Assembly (NCBI GenBank): GCA_050575255.1 | Contig: JBNZDD010013714.1 | Span: 8,687,900-8,751,899 of the forward strand | DNA: 64,000 nucleotides | From: Harriotta raleighana | Lineage: Eukaryota | Direction of reading: 5' to 3' | The notes under the pieces: model-generated | Told to the model about the DNA's origin: nothing | What the model saw: the letters and a program-made list of their open reading frames with translations, nothing else | The model's database searches: none | Translations under genes and position numbers: made by a program | Shown: in pieces, positions 63,481 to 64,000 of the stretch | Layout: each line of letters opens with the position of its first letter | How positions within the stretch are numbered: the stretch's first letter is position 1

Positions 63481-64000
63481 TTTTTTTTTAACTTAAGAAG
63501 CTTGTGATTAATTCATTACACAAAAAATGACATAATGACTATAATGGCAAAAGTAGATTTAAAGCCCCCCAAAAACATGCAGTTTTCTGCTGAGTGTTAA
63601 TGGTACAAAAATACAACCAGAGACAGCGTAAGTCCAACCATTGATCGTTAGACCCATGATATTTCTCCCTGCTTCACTTATAGACCCACAATTTCTAAAG
63701 CCACCAAATCCCCCAAGACATCACTGCAGAGCTGTGTGAGTAGGTAGTCTGGTAAGTGTCAGCTTTGACTTTGTCATCTATTGTCACTGTCAGATCTCCT
63801 GGTGTACCACTGTCCATTTTTCACCTTTGTGAGAGATAGACTAATTATAGCCTGGGGAAGGTGCATCTCCTATCCTAAGGTTTGCCCTCTTGTCTAATAG
63901 CAGAATTTCTGGTCAAGTTAGAGCAATGTTAGTTTGACTCCTGAGAAAGTATGTTGCCCCACACCAATAAATCTAATCCATGTCCTCTGTTCGCAATCAT

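Noticed and set aside
1-64000. A novel multi-gene or defence-type system
   Set aside because: There are no credible coding sequences or arrays; the observed structure is explained by TE relics, local duplications, assembly joins and putative cis-regulatory DNA.

Overview
This is AT-rich (roughly 60-65% A+T by eye), CpG-poor vertebrate non-coding DNA, most likely a large intron or gene desert. It is not prokaryotic. No protein-coding gene, tRNA or rRNA gene, CRISPR array or operon can be supported. The longest ORF (160 aa) lies inside a transposon and the others are consistent with chance. The window is dominated by transposable-element relics. (1) Many copies of a ~310 bp tRNA-derived SINE ending in ...ATATCAAATGCAAGG(ATT)n; from memory it resembles the SINE2 family of the elephant shark Callorhinchus milii, so the source is probably a chondrichthyan (inference, not database-verified). 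(2) Older Deu-domain and LF-SINE-like SINE relics. (3) Decayed CR1-like LINE 3' ends. (4) One ~1 kb Tigger/pogo-like non-autonomous DNA transposon with TIRs (47195-48201). Other signals are an apparent excess of TACAGTA/TACTGTA (Tc1/mariner excision-footprint-like), two dispersed 68-100 bp direct repeats, three duplications flanking single Ns (probable assembly artefacts), a good CTCF motif and several motif-dense candidate enhancers. I found no evidence for a new multi-gene system. Family names come from recalled consensus sequences and relic boundaries are approximate.
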